From NCBI GenBank assembly GCA_963751275.1, contig CAVVTZ010000007.1:512001-576000 (forward strand): 64,000 nucleotides of DNA, given 5' to 3'. The translations under genes and the position numbers were made by a program. The notes beneath the pieces are model-generated. The model saw only the letters and a program-made list of their open reading frames with translations. It was not told where the DNA came from and did not search any database. Of this stretch, positions 11,509-23,016 are shown in pieces. Each line of letters starts with the position of its first letter. Positions within the stretch are counted from its first letter, which is position 1. The DNA comes from an uncultured Gemmatimonadaceae bacterium. Its GTDB lineage: Bacteria; Gemmatimonadota; Gemmatimonadetes; Gemmatimonadales; Gemmatimonadaceae.

Positions 11509-12747
11509 GTGACCCGATCCCTTCGCACGCTGACCGGCGCGGCGCTCATCGCGCTCGCCGCCATCCGTTCCCCCGCGCAGGCCGCCGACACGGCGCTCCG
11601 CCCCGTCTCCCGCTCGGATGCGGTGGCCGAAGCGTTGGCCAACGGCACGCGCTATAAGCTGGCGCTCGCCGACACCACGGCCGCGCGGGGCGCCGTCGAC
11701 GCCGCGGCGGCGTACCCGAACCCGGCGCTCGCGGCCGGATACTCGAAGGCCACGCCGCAGTACCACGTCTCGCTCGACCAGCCCATTGAGTACCCGGGAC
11801 TGCGCAGCGCGCGCGAGGACGCCGCGCGCGAGCTGCAGCGCGGCGCGCACTATCGCTTCGTGCTGGAGCGCGCGTCGCTCCAGGTGGAGGCCGACACGAT
11901 GTACACCACCGCGCTCGCGGCCCTCGGCCACGCGCGCCTTTCGGCGGTGACCGCCCGCGCGGCCGACAGTCTGTTCACGCTCGCGAAGGTCCGCCGGGAC
12001 GCGGGCGACGCGAGCGATCTCGAAGTGGAGCTCGCGTCGGTGAACGCACTGCAGGCGGCGAATGCGAGCACGAACGACTCGATCGCCGCCGTCGCCGCCA
12101 CACTCGAATTGCAGCGCGTCATGGGGATCGCCGCCGAGCGCGAGCGCATCGCGCTCACCGACTCGCTCCTGCCGGTCGTGCCGCCGCCTCCCGCGGCCCC
12201 GCTCCCCGGCGCCGGCGCCGCGCCGCCGCTCGTGGTGGCCGCCGCCGAGGCGAACGCGCTGGCGGCCTCGCACGTGCTGTCGGTGGAGCAGAACAGCGTG
12301 TTCAGCACGCCGTCGGTCACGCTCGGCATCGACACGCACGATCCGAGCGGCGCCGAGCCCGGCCTGCTGCCGGTGTTCGGCATCTCGCTGCCGCTGCCCC
12401 TCTGGAGCCGCCGCACGGGGGAGATCGGGCTCGCGCAGGCCGGCGTCTATCGTGCGCAAGCCGAGCTCGCCGAGGCGCGGCGCGAGAGCAATGCCGCCAT
12501 CGCCCGCGCGCGGCGCGATCTCGCGGCCGCCATCGCGCGCGTCGCGCGCGATGGCAACGTACTGGCGAGTGCGCGGCGCGTGGCGAGCATGTCGCTCACC
12601 GCGTACGCGGAGGGCGCGGCCGGCATCCCCACCGTGCTCGAAGCGCAGCGCACCGCGCGCGACGCCGTGGCACATTACCTGGACGATCTCGCGGCCGCGC
12701 AGATCGCGTTCGAGCTGCTCACCCTGCACACGATGCCCGCCCAGTGA
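11509..12747 (+). CDS. TolC/CzcC-family outer-membrane efflux protein
   Basis: Signal-like N-terminus, YPNPAL, two helical repeats, GISLPLPLW, AYAEGAAGIPTVLEAQR. Start codon uncertain. Confidence 0.82.
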   Translation: MTRSLRTLTGAALIALAAIRSPAQAADTALRPVSRSDAVAEALANGTRYKLALADTTAARGAVDAAAAYPNPALAAGYSKATPQYHVSLDQPIEYPGLRSAREDAARELQRGAHYRFVLERASLQVEADTMYTTALAALGHARLSAVTARAADSLFTLAKVRRDAGDASDLEVELASVNALQAANASTNDSIAAVAATLELQRVMGIAAERERIALTDSLLPVVPPPPAAPLPGAGAAPPLVVAAAEANALAASHVLSVEQNSVFSTPSVTLGIDTHDPSGAEPGLLPVFGISLPLPLWSRRTGEIGLAQAGVYRAQAELAEARRESNAAIARARRDLAAAIARVARDGNVLASARRVASMSLTAYAEGAAGIPTVLEAQRTARDAVAHYLDDLAAAQIAFELLTLHTMPAQ

Positions 12748-13793
12748 ACCTTCGCGCACTGCCTCTCTTGCTCGCGGCCGCGGCCGCCGGGTGCTCGCAC
12801 GCCGACGAGGCGCAACATGCGCCGGTGGTGGCCGTGCACACCGCCGCCGCCGTGTCGGCGCCCTTCGCGCACGTCATCGGCTCGCTCGGCACGGTGGCGC
12901 CGCGCGCCGGACGCTACGCGGAACTCTCGGCGCCGGCGCCCACGCGCGTGGCGCAGATCTTCGTCGCCGCCGGCCAGCCGGTGGCCGCCGGCGCACCGCT
13001 CGTCGAATTCGAGCGCGCACCCTTCGACGCCGCCGCGCAGAGCGCCCAGAGCCGCCGCTGACGCGCCCAGAACGGCTACGACCGCGCGGTGCGGCTCACC
13101 GGGGCCGGCGTTCTCCCGAGGAAGGATGTGGATCACGCCGCCGCCGACCTCGCGCAGGCGCAGGCGGCGCTGGTGAGCGCGCCGCGCGCGCTCGAGCTGG
13201 CCACGCTCCGCGCGCCGATCGCCGGCGTCGTCACGCGCATGACCGCGGTGCTCGGCGCGCCGGTGGACGCGGCGCAGGTCGTGGTCGCGGTGGCCGATCC
13301 GTCGGCGCTCGATCTGCTCTTCGCCGTGTCGCCGGCCGACGCCGCGGTGATCCGCCCCGGCGCGGCGGTGCAGCTCTTCGCGGGCGAGGACTCGCGCGGC
13401 GAGCCGCTGGGCGCCGCGCAGGTGACCGACGTCGGCGCGACCGTCGATTCCGCGGCGCGCTCCGTGACCGTGCGCGCGCGCGCGACCGGCACGCACCGCG
13501 CGCTGCGCATCGGCGAGACGGTGTTCGGGCGCATCACCACCAGCGTCCAGTCGGGCGCCGTGGTGATCCCCGCCGAGGCGCTCGTGCCCGAGGGCGAGGG
13601 CTACCGCGTGTTCGTCGTGGACGCCGGCAACGTCGCGCACGCGCGCGCGGTGACGGTGGGCGGCCGCGATGAGGGGCGCGGAGATCCTCTCGGGGCTCAC
13701 GGCCGGCGAGATGGTCGTGACCGACGGCGCGTACGGCGTCGAGGACAGCGCGCACGTGGTGCCCGCCCGCGACAGCGCGCCGGCCCGCCGTGA
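12744..13793 (+). CDS. RND efflux membrane-fusion protein (lipoprotein; frameshifted)
   Basis: Lipobox AAGC, LRAPIAGVV, VIPAEAL, EILSGLTAGEMVVTDG across frames. Confidence 0.82.
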
Positions 13794-16700
13794 ACCTGTT
13801 CGACGTGCTGTCCGCCCAGCGGCGGTTCGTCTATCTCGTGGTGGCGACTGCCAGCGCGGCCGGCATCTGGTCGGCCACGCAGCTGCCGTCGGCGATCTAC
13901 CCGGAGCTGACGTTCCCGCGCGTCACGATCGTGGCGCAGGGCTCGGCGCTCGGCGCGCGCCAGGTGGTGTTCGCGTCACGCGGCCGATCGAGGAGGCGGT
14001 GAGCGTCGTGCCGGGCGTCGATCCGCGTGCACTCGCGCTCGATCCGCGGCTCGAGCGAGATCTCGGTCTACGTTCTCGCCGAACACCGACATGGTCTACG
14101 CGCTGCAGCAGGTGCAGGCGCGCGTCAACCAGGTCGCGGCCCGATCTCCCGCCTGGGCCTCGACGATCGAGGTCGAGCGCCTGACGCCGTCGCTCTTCCC
14201 GATCCTCTCGTACAATCTCGAAGGCGGCGACCCGGCGACGCTGTACGACATCGCGCGCTACCAGATCAAGCCCGTGCTCGTCGCGCGTGCCCGGCGTGGG
14301 GCGCGTCGACGTGCAGGGCACCGACGTGCGGGAGATCGAGGTCATCGCCGACCCGGCGCGGCTCGCCGTCGCTCGGGCTGACCTACGACGACCTCGCCAG
14401 CGGCGATCCAGCAGGCGATCGCGGTCGACGCCGTCGGGCGGGTCGCCGCAGGACTACAAGCAGTATCTGATCGTGACCGACCAGGAAGCGCACACCCCCG
14501 AGGACATCGGCGAACGTCGTCATCGCCAACGGCGCGTGCGCGTGCGCGACCTGGCCACGCGTCATGCTCGGCACCGAGGACCACGTGCGCATCATCGCCG
14601 GCGACGGCAAGCCGGCCGCGCTGCTCAACATCACGCGCCAGATCGGCGGCAACACGGTCGCGATCGCCGACAGCGTCGCAGCGCGATGGCGGCGCTGGCG
14701 CCGACGCTGCCGCCGGGCGTGCACCTCAAGCCGCTCTACGACCAGGCGTCGCTGGTGCGCGACGCGGTGCAGTCGGTGCGCGACGCGATGCTCATCGGCG
14801 CGGTGCTCGCGGTCATCATCCTGCTTGCTCTTCCTGCGCCATGCGCCGCATCACCGCGATCAGCGCGACGTCGATCCCGCTCACGCTCGTGATCACCGTG
14901 CTTCGTGATGCGCCTGGTCGGCCAGACGTTCAATCTGATGACGCTCGGCGCGATGGCCATCGCGATCGGGCTGGTGATCGACGACGCCGTCGTGATCACC
15001 GAGAACATCGCGCGCCACCTTCGCCTCACGCGCGATCGCCACGCGGCGATCCGCGAGGCGGTGCAGGAGCTGATCTGGCCGGTGACGACCTCGACGATCA
15101 CGACGGTGGTGGTCTTCCTGCCGCTCGGCCTGCTCGAGGGGGTCGTGGGCCAGTTCTTCACCGCCCTCGTCGCTCACGCTCACGATCGCCGTGCTGGTGT
15201 CGCTGGTGCTCGCGCTCACGATCATCCCGCTGCTCAGCGCGCAGTTCGTCTCCGACGCACGACGCGGAGGCGAGCGGGCCGCAGGCGCGGCGTGCTCGCC
15301 GCGTCGGGCGCGCGCTCGATGGACTGTCCGCGACGCTACGAGCGAGCGCTCGCTGGACGCGGTGCTGCACCACCCGCGCCGCGTCGTCGGCGGCCGCGCT
15401 CGGCTGGTGGCTGGGTGGCGTGCGTCGCCTACCGGTTCGTGGGCACCGGCGTTCCTGCCGGAGATGGACGAGGGGGCGTTCGTGCTCGACTACTGGAGCG
15501 CCGGGCGGCACGTCGCTCGCCGAGACGCGACCGCGAGGTGCACACCGTCGGAGCAGATCCTCGCGGCGACCCCGGAGATCGACCGGCACGTCGCGGCGCA
15601 CGGGCGCCGAGCTCGGCCTGTTCGCGACCGAGCAGAATCGCGGCGACATGGTGGCGCGCCTCAAGCCGCGAGCCGAGCGCGACCGCGTCCATCTTCGAGG
15701 TGATCGACGACGTGCGCGCGAAGGTCGACGGCGGCGGTGCCGCGCCTGCACGTCGAGTTCGTGCAGATCCTCTCGGACGTGATCAACGACCTCGCCGGCG
15801 CGGCGAAGCCGGTCGAGATCAAGCTGTTCGGCGCCAGATCTCGACGCGCTCGAGGCGTACGCCGGGCGCTGGTGCGCCGACGCTCGGCAAGGTGGACGGC
15901 GCTGGAGGATCTCTACGACGGCGTCAGCGAGCCGGCGGCGGAGATGCTGCTGCAAGGTCGACGCGCGCGGAGGCGGCCGGATCGGGCTGACGCCGGAGCA
16001 GGTGAGCGGCGAGGTGAGCGGCGCGCTGCTCGGCGTCGAACGCCGGCGAGGTTCGCCTCGACGATCGCGTCGATCGACGTGCGCGTGCGCGCGCCGGATT
16101 CCGTGCGCTTCGACCCGCTGCGGCTCGGCGCGCTGCCCGTGTTCTGCCGCGCATCGCGGCAGTGCCACGCTCTCGGCGCTCGCGACCTTCAGCCGGTGGA
16201 GACGCGTGCCGAGCTGACACGCGAGAACCAGCAGCAGATGATCGCCATGACGGCCGACGTCGAGCGGCCGCTCGCTGGGCGCAGCGTGATGGACGACGTG
16301 AAGCGCGGTGCTGGCCGCGAATCCGCCGCCGACGGGCATCCGCCTCGAGCTCGGCGGGCAGTACGCGAGCCAGCAGGATGCGTTCCGCGGCGCTGCTGAT
16401 GGTGCTCGCGCTCGCCGCGGTGAGCGTCATGGCGGTGATGGTGCTGCAGTTCGAGTCGTTCGTCGAGCCGCTGGTCGTGCTGCTCGCCGCGCCGCGTCTC
16501 GTTCGTCGGGGCGGTGGTGCTGCTGCTCGTGACCGGCACGCGCGCTCAACGTCTCCAGTCGTTCATGGGGCTGATCCTGCTGGTGGGGCTGATCGTCAAG
16601 AACGGCATCATCCTGCTCGACTTCACGCGACGGCGCATGCGGTTCGACGGGGTGCCGCTCGAGCACGGCGATCCGCGAGGCGGCGCGCGTGCGGCTCCGG

Positions 16701-16908
16701 CCGATCCTGATGACGACGCTGTGCACGCTGTTCGGGCTGCTGCCGCTCGCGCTCGGCCTGGGCGCCGGGCAGCGAGCTGCAGCGGCCGCTCGCGCTGGCG
16801 GTGATCGGCGGGCTCGCGCTCTCGACGCCGATCACGTTGTTCGTCGTGCCCACCCTGCTCGTGGCGATCCGCGGGCGGGATTTCACTCTCAGCAGGAGCT
16901 CCAGATGA
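13790..16908 (+). CDS. RND efflux permease (CusA/CzcA/AcrB family; heavily frameshifted)
   Basis: IGLVIDDAVVITENI, FLPEMDEGAFVLDY, GLIVKNGIILLD, RLRPILMTTL, PLALAVIGGL in successive frames. Stop overlaps the yncE-like ATG. Confidence 0.85.
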
Positions 16909-17915
16909 AGACTTTCCTGGCCCTGGCGGCCGTTGCGGCGATCGCTCTCGCGTCGCCGAACTACCACGTGGTGCGCAAGCTGGCCGTGGGCGGCGACGGC
17001 GGATGGGATTATCTCACCGTCGACACCGTGAACCACAAGCTGTACGTATCGCGCGGCACGCACGTGATGATCATCGACACCGACAACGAGAAGGTCGTCG
17101 GCGACATCCCCGATACGATGGGCGTGCACGGCATCGCGATCGCGAACGACCTGAACCGCGGCTACACGAGCAACGGACGTGACTCGAGCGTCACGATCTT
17201 CGACCTCAAGACGTTCTCGGTGATCGCGAACGTGAAGGTCGGGCAGCGCAACCCCGACGCGATCCTGTACGAGCCCACCACGAAGCGCGTGTTCACCTTC
17301 AACGGCGGCAGCTCGAACGCCACCGCGCTCGACGCGGTGACGGGCGCCGTGATCGGCACCGTGCCGCTCACGGGGAAGCCCGAGTTCGCGCAGCATGATG
17401 GCAAGGGCACCGTGTTCGTGAACATCGAGAACAAGGATGGCGCGGTCACGGCCATCAACGCGAAGACGCTCGTCGCGCAGGCACCCTGGATGATGGCCGG
17501 CTGCGAGGAGCCGAGCGGCCTCGCGATCGACCGCGGCCACGGCGTGCTCTTCTCGACGTGCGGCAACAAGGTGATGGCGATCACGGACGACAAGACCGGG
17601 AAGCAGATCGCGACCGTCCCGATCGGCCAGGGCGTGGATGCCGGCGCGTTCGATGCGGGCACGCAGCTCGCGTTCGCGTCGAACGGTGAGGGCACGATCA
17701 CGGTCGTGAAGTCCACGGGCCCGGGCGCCTACGCCGTGGCCGCCACGGTGCCGACGCAGGCCCGCGCCCGCACCATGGCGCTCGATGAACGCACGCACCG
17801 GATCTACACGGTGACGGCTGATTTCGGGGCGGCGCCGGCGCCCACGGCGGATAACCCGCGCCCGCGGCCGCCAATAATGCCCGGGTCCTTCGTCGTGCTC
17901 GTGCTGGAGCCGTAG
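16905..17915 (+). CDS. YncE-family beta-propeller protein (secreted)
   Basis: Signal peptide, GGDGGWDYLTVD, GVHGIAIA, GCEEPSGLAID, ARTMALD. SD AGGAG. Confidence 0.82.
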   Translation: MKTFLALAAVAAIALASPNYHVVRKLAVGGDGGWDYLTVDTVNHKLYVSRGTHVMIIDTDNEKVVGDIPDTMGVHGIAIANDLNRGYTSNGRDSSVTIFDLKTFSVIANVKVGQRNPDAILYEPTTKRVFTFNGGSSNATALDAVTGAVIGTVPLTGKPEFAQHDGKGTVFVNIENKDGAVTAINAKTLVAQAPWMMAGCEEPSGLAIDRGHGVLFSTCGNKVMAITDDKTGKQIATVPIGQGVDAGAFDAGTQLAFASNGEGTITVVKSTGPGAYAVAATVPTQARARTMALDERTHRIYTVTADFGAAPAPTADNPRPRPPIMPGSFVVLVLEP

Positions 17916-17935
17916 ATCGCGGGTGACCGTGGTTC

Positions 17936-18077
17936 AGCAACGGCAACAAACTGCTTTGACAGGATTACAGGATTACGGGACCACAACGGGATGAACGGCC
18001 TGAGAATTCTCAGGCCGTTCATCCCGTTGTGGTCCCGTAATCCTGTAATCCTGTCAAAGCAGTTTGTCGCCGTTGCT
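17936..18077. repeat. Palindromic element copy 2 (142 bp, no loop, 1 mismatch)
   Basis: Centre TGAGAA|TTCTCA at 18006/18007. The only mismatch is A17945/C18068. Confidence 0.95.
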
Positions 18078-18085
18078 CTACCCGC

Positions 18086-21065
18086 TCATTGCAACGTGAA
18101 TACCGCCCGCGCGCCATCCATCTTGATCGATCCCTCCGTCAGAAAGACTCTCTCGGATTCGATCTTGTTCGCCGGCACGCTCAGCAGGTAGTCCAGGCAT
18201 GCCTTGGCGCGCGCGGTCGCGAGGAGAATGCAGGTCGTCGGGCGAGATCACGATCGTCGCCAAGAGCCGCCGCTCCATCTCGGCGGCGGGGTAGGGCGGC
18301 GCGGCGCTCTTCGACTTCTTCGCGGCGGCCACTGCGCTGTCGGCCGGGAACGCGGCGTCGAACGCGGCGGTGAGCATCTTCGCGCGCTCGTCCACGGTGA
18401 GCATCACGCTGTCCACCGGCGGGGTGTTCGGGTCCTTCGCCTTGAGCGCGGTCCACTTCTTGAGCCGGAACTGCGCCTCCAGCTTCGCCGCCTTGAGCGC
18501 CGCCGGGTCGGCCACGGTGTCCACCGCGCCCGCGATCTCCAGTTTCAGCGCCGGCCGCTCATAGAGCGATTTCGCGAGCACGTCCATCTTCTTCACTTCC
18601 GACGCCGACAGCGTGGAACTTCCCTCGGCGAACTCGGCGTAACTCAAGTCCACGTTCGCGCCCGCGCCGAACATCCCGCCCAGCAGCTTGAAGGGCGACG
18701 TGATCAGCTTGGTCAGCACGTTCAGGATCGCCCGTCCGATCACGCGGCCGAAATGGAAATCCGGATCGTCCAGATTCCCCTCGATCGGCACGTCGAACAC
18801 GATCTGCCCGTTGCGGTCGCGCATGATCGCGAAGCCGAGCTTCACCGGCATCTTCGTCGCCTCGGGACTGTTCGTTTGGTCGCCGAAGGTGAACTCGTCG
18901 AGGGTAAGCTTGTTCTCGGACTTGAGCTGGCGGCCCACCACCCGGTACTTCATCTCGACCTTCATCTTGCCCTTCGAGATCAGATAGCCGAGGTATTTCC
19001 CGGAATACGGGCCCACGGGGATCAGCTCCATCCCCTGCAGGTCCACCGTGAGGTCGCTGCCCTCCTTGTCGCTGAGCGGATTGAAGCTCCCGGTGATCTT
19101 CACGGGCGCCACGTTGTCGACGGACGCGGTCAGGTCGAGCGTGCCGGTGCCGAGCGAGTCGGAGGAGAGCCTGCCGGTCACGGCATTGATCTTGGTGACG
19201 CTGAAGGCCACCGCTGGCTGCAGCGACTTGTCGTCGAGCGCGATCGAGCCGTTCGTGATCTTGATGCGGCCGATGGAGGTCTTGGCGGCGGAACTGACTT
19301 GACTGCGTGAGCCGGCGCCGGACGCAGGGTGTGCGGCGACAGTCTTCGGTGGCGGCGGCGCCGAGTCGTGCGCCACGGTCGAATCCGCTCTCGCGCTGTC
19401 GCCGCCGGAGCGCGGGAAGATCGTGCTCATCGACGACCGGCCGTCCTCGGCGATCCGGAAGACGACCGACGGATCGTCGAGACGGATCTCCTTCATCGTG
19501 AGCTTGTTCGCCTTGTAGGCGTAGTCCACGCCGGTGAAACGGAGCGCCGAGAAGCTCAGGAAGGGCAGGCGGTCCTTGCCATCCACCGTCGCGAAGCGTT
19601 CGATGCGAAGATCGCCCTTGTACGTGAAATCCGGATGGAGCGAGTCGGCGATGTTGTACGTGATGCGCGCGTCGGTGGCGAGCCGGCCGTCGCTGATCAC
19701 GAGGTTCATCGCCGGCTTGCCGTAGGGGTCGAACGGCCGCAGCGACACCGCGCGCGCGGACACCGCGAGGTCGCCCGTGTGCTTCCAGATCGCGATGCTG
19801 CCGTCGGCCTTGAGAGCGCCGTTCGGCGCCCACGTCGCGGTCGCGTGCAACGGCGACACGCGCGCCGAGTCGTTCGCGATGCTGTCGAACGTCACCGAGG
19901 CGTTCGTGATCGCGATGACCGCGGGCTTCGCCGTGGAGGAGTCGATGAAATTCACGGCGTAACTGTCCGCCGCGACGTGCGCGATGAGCCAGCGCCAGGG
20001 CGCGGGCGTTTTCGCGGGCGCTGACGCCTTCGCGAGCGCGGCGCCGGAGTCGCTGCGCATCACCATCAATCGCATCACGTTGATCGTGCTGTCCTTGTTC
20101 CGCAGCGCATTCAGCACACCGGCGCGCGACGTGATCTCGCCCACGTACGCCTTCCGCGCCAGCGCATCCACGCTCACGCGTCCCACCACCAGTTCGCGCA
20201 CGCGCACCGCGGTGTCGGTGCGCCCGCGCTCCACGATCGCGAGGTCACCCACGCGCAGCTCGCCGCCGCTCATCTGCATCTTGCGCGCCTGTGGCGTGAA
20301 GTCGACGTCGTATTTCGCCTTGATCCCTGCGATGCCGCGCACGACATTGAATGCGACGGTCCGCTCGTAGAAGGGCCCGTACTTGGGCAGCTTGAGGCTG
20401 TCGAGCGAGAACTCGCCGGCGGAGCGCAGCGGGTCCGTCCCGAGAGTGCCCGCCCACGCGAACGACTCGCCGCTCTCGGTGCGCCCCGAGAACGAGTAGC
20501 GGCTGTTGTTGTCGCGGCGCGTCGCGAACGCCGCCAGGTCGATGCGCCAGGGGCCGATCGTCGTGGCGAAGGGCCGCCCGGTGGCGCTGTCCACCACGTC
20601 GAGCCGGGCGTCCACGATGTGCAGGGCGTCGATCGACACCACCGGCGCCGGCCCCGAGCTGGGCGCCGCCTTCATCGAGTCCACGATGTCCGTCACGTTC
20701 AGCGAGCCGTCGCGCCGGATCACCATGCGCCCATACGGCCGCACCAGCCGGACCTCCTTGAAATCGGCTTCGCGGCGCAGCACTGAGATCAGCTCGAAAT
20801 TGATGTAGAACTCATCCCACGCGAACAGCATCGCGCCGTCCTTGTCCGCCACGCGCAGGCTGTCCACCGTCACCGAAAGCGAGAACGGATTCACTCTCAC
20901 CGGCCCCACCGCGGCTGGGCGGTGCAGCGTGGCCGACACCTGGCGCGCCAGCTTCCCGCGCACGATCCCCGGGGCGATGAAGAAACCGGCGATGGCGTAC
21001 ACTGCCACGAGCGCGACGATGATGCCGATGATCCACGTGAGCCGCGGCGAGAGATTGATTCTCAT
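18086..21065 (-). CDS. DUF748-domain (AsmA-like) envelope protein
   Basis: N-terminal TM, VRVNPFSLSV, repeated beta-rich segments, IVFDVPIEGNLDDPDF, KLITSPFKLLG, LYERPALKLEI. Probable frameshift near 18220; the as-given ORF ends at 18078. Confidence 0.8.
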
Positions 21066-21072
21066 CAGACAG

Positions 21073-21078
21073 AGTCTA
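21073..21078 (-). promoter_or_regulatory. -10-like hexamer TAGACT 7 nt before the DUF748 ATG (leaderless candidate)
   Basis: TAGACT-ctgtctg-ATG with no SD. Confidence 0.5.
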
Positions 21079-21102
21079 TTCGGAGCACCCGCCCGCGGCC
21101 AG

Positions 21103-21257
21103 CGGGAGCAACGGCAACACACTGCATTTGACAGGATGACAGGATGAACAGGATAACTGCTGATGACCGCTTGAGGCGGCCCCGCCTCAAGCGGTCATCA
21201 GCAGTTATCCTGTTCATCCTGTCATCCTGTCAAAGCAGTGTGTTGCCGTTGCTCCCG
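21103..21257. repeat. Palindromic element copy 3 (155 bp, 2-nt spacer, 1-nt bulge)
   Basis: cgggagcaacggcaacacactgcatttgacaggat...ttgaggcgg-cc-ccgcctcaa...atcctgtcaaagcagtgtgttgccgttgctcccg. Confidence 0.95.
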
Positions 21258-21284
21258 AGCCAGCCATGGGCCTCAGCAATGGAG

Positions 21285-21290
21285 TAACTT
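21285..21290 (+). promoter_or_regulatory. -10-like hexamer TAACTT 7 nt before the queC ATG (leaderless candidate)
   Basis: TAACTT-tccggac-ATG. Confidence 0.5.
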
Positions 21291-21297
21291 TCCGGAC

Positions 21298-21991
21298 ATG
21301 CCCCCCAAGCGCGCTGTCGTTCTCCTCTCCGGCGGACTCGATTCCGCCACGACGCTCGCCATCGCACGCGCCGAAGGCTATGAGACCGCACGCGCTCTCC
21401 TTCCGCTACGGCCAGCGGCACGCCGGCGAGCTCGAGTTCGCGGCGCGCCTCGCGAAGGTGCTTGGCGCCAAGCGGCACGTCGTCACCGAGATCGACCTGC
21501 GCGCCTTCGGCGGCTCCGCGCTCACCGCGGAGATCGCGGTGCCGAAGCACGAGCGCGCCGAGGAGATCGGCGGCGGGATCCCGGTCACCTACGTTCCAGC
21601 CCGAAACACGATCTTCCTGAGCTTCGCACTCGCCTTCGCGGAGGTGTCGGGCGCCGAGGACATCTTCATTGGCGTGAACGCGCTGGATTACTCGGGCTAT
21701 CCCGATTGCCGGCCGGAGTACCTCGCGAGCTTCGAGCAGATGGCGAACCTCGCAACGCGCGCCGGCGTGGAGGGCGGCCACCTGCGCATCCACGCGCCGC
21801 TGCTCGATCTCACGAAATCGGAGATCATCAAGCGCGGGCTCGCGCTGGGCGTGGACTATTCGCTCACACGGAGCTGCTACGATCCGCGCGCCGATGGCGC
21901 GAGCTGCGGCCGATGCGACGCATGCCTGCTGCGGCTGCGCGGCTTCGAGCAGGCGGGCGCGAAGGACCCGATCCCGTACGCGAAGCCGTGA
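21298..21991 (+). CDS. queC: 7-cyano-7-deazaguanine synthase QueC (one frameshift near 21388)
   Basis: [11 protein letters not shown], then in the next frame [40 protein letters not shown]. Confidence 0.93.
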
Positions 21992-22623
21992 CGTACACGG
22001 TGAAGGAGATCTACTGCACGCTGCAGGGCGAAGGCGCACAGACGGGCCACGCCGCCGTCTTCCTGCGCTTCGCGGGCTGCAATCTGTGGACCGGACGCGA
22101 AGCCGACCGTGCGGGCGCGGTGTGCACCTTCTGCGACACCGACTTCGTGGGCACGGACGGTCCGAACGGCGGGAAGTTCGAAAGCGGCGAGGCGCTCGCG
22201 GCGGCGGTGGAGGCGCAGTGGCCCGCGTCGTCGCCGGCAAACCGGCTGGTGGTGTGCACCGGCGGCGAGCCCACGCTGCAGCTCGACGCGCCGGCGGTGG
22301 ACGCGCTGCACGCGCGCGGGTTCCGAGTGGCGATCGAGACCAACGGCACGCAGCCGCTGAAGGCGCCGGTGGATTGGGTGTGCGTGAGCCCCAAGGCGCA
22401 GGCGGCGCTCGTGCTGCGCGCGGGCGACGAGCTCAAGTTGGTCTATCCGCAGGAGACCGCGCCGCCGGATCGCTTCGAGAAACTGGACTTCGCGCATTTC
22501 TTCCTGCAGCCCATGGATGGGCCCGACCGCGAGCGGAACACGGCGCTCGCGATCCAGTATTGCCTGCAGCACCCGCGCTGGCGGCTGAGTGTCCAGACGC
22601 ATAAACTGCTCGGTCTTCCCTAG
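21988..22623 (+). CDS. queE: 7-carboxy-7-deazaguanine synthase QueE (short radical SAM, CX14CX2C type)
   Basis: TLQGEG, RFAGC-X14-CTFCDT, TGGEP, IETNGT, VSPK, LSVQTHK. Confidence 0.93.
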   Translation: MTYTVKEIYCTLQGEGAQTGHAAVFLRFAGCNLWTGREADRAGAVCTFCDTDFVGTDGPNGGKFESGEALAAAVEAQWPASSPANRLVVCTGGEPTLQLDAPAVDALHARGFRVAIETNGTQPLKAPVDWVCVSPKAQAALVLRAGDELKLVYPQETAPPDRFEKLDFAHFFLQPMDGPDRERNTALAIQYCLQHPRWRLSVQTHKLLGLP

Positions 22624-22633
22624 CCGACCGCCG

Positions 22634-22993
22634 ATGGAGATATTCAGAGAGTTCAGTTTCGAGGCGGCCCACCGGCTGCCGAACGTCCCCGACGGCCACA
22701 AGTGCGCGCGGCTCCACGGGCACTCGTTCTACGTGATCGTGCACGTGACGGGCCCGCTCGACGCGCGGCTCGGCTGGGTCATGGATTTCGCGGAAGTGAA
22801 AGCGGCCGCCGCGCCGCTGATCGATATGCTCGATCATCGTTACTTGAACGAGATCGACGGGCTCGACAATCCCACCAGCGAGCAGGTCGCGCGCTGGATC
22901 TGGGAGCGCCTCGCGCCGAAGCTGGCGGGCCTTTCCGCCATCACCGTGAAGGAGACGTGCACCTCGGGATGCACCTATCGCGGCGAACCATGA
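22634..22993 (+). CDS. queD: 6-carboxy-5,6,7,8-tetrahydropterin synthase QueD
   Basis: [33 protein letters not shown]. Confidence 0.93.
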   Translation: MEIFREFSFEAAHRLPNVPDGHKCARLHGHSFYVIVHVTGPLDARLGWVMDFAEVKAAAAPLIDMLDHRYLNEIDGLDNPTSEQVARWIWERLAPKLAGLSAITVKETCTSGCTYRGEP

Positions 22994-23016
22994 TCCACCA
23001 GACGGGGAGAGCAGAC

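Noticed and set aside
17804..18191. Short ORFs MNGLRILRPFIPLWSRNPVILSKQF on both strands, and similar ORFs at 24247-24483, 144-353 and the MCCRCSR extensions at 21122/21238
   Set aside because: These are direct by-products of the palindromes, with no SD and no coding-type codon pattern.
21098..21264. gccagc on both sides of copy 3 as a target-site duplication
   Set aside because: It is offset from the palindrome ends, GC-rich so likely by chance, and has no equivalent at the other copies.
21100..21297. preQ1 riboswitch upstream of queC
   Set aside because: The region is the repeat-family palindrome. No preQ1-I motif or A-rich tail is visible, and queC appears leaderless.
21298..22993. Dpd 7-deazaguanine DNA-modification defence island
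   Set aside because: No dpdA/tgtA5 or other dpd genes are nearby. queCED fits ordinary queuosine precursor synthesis.
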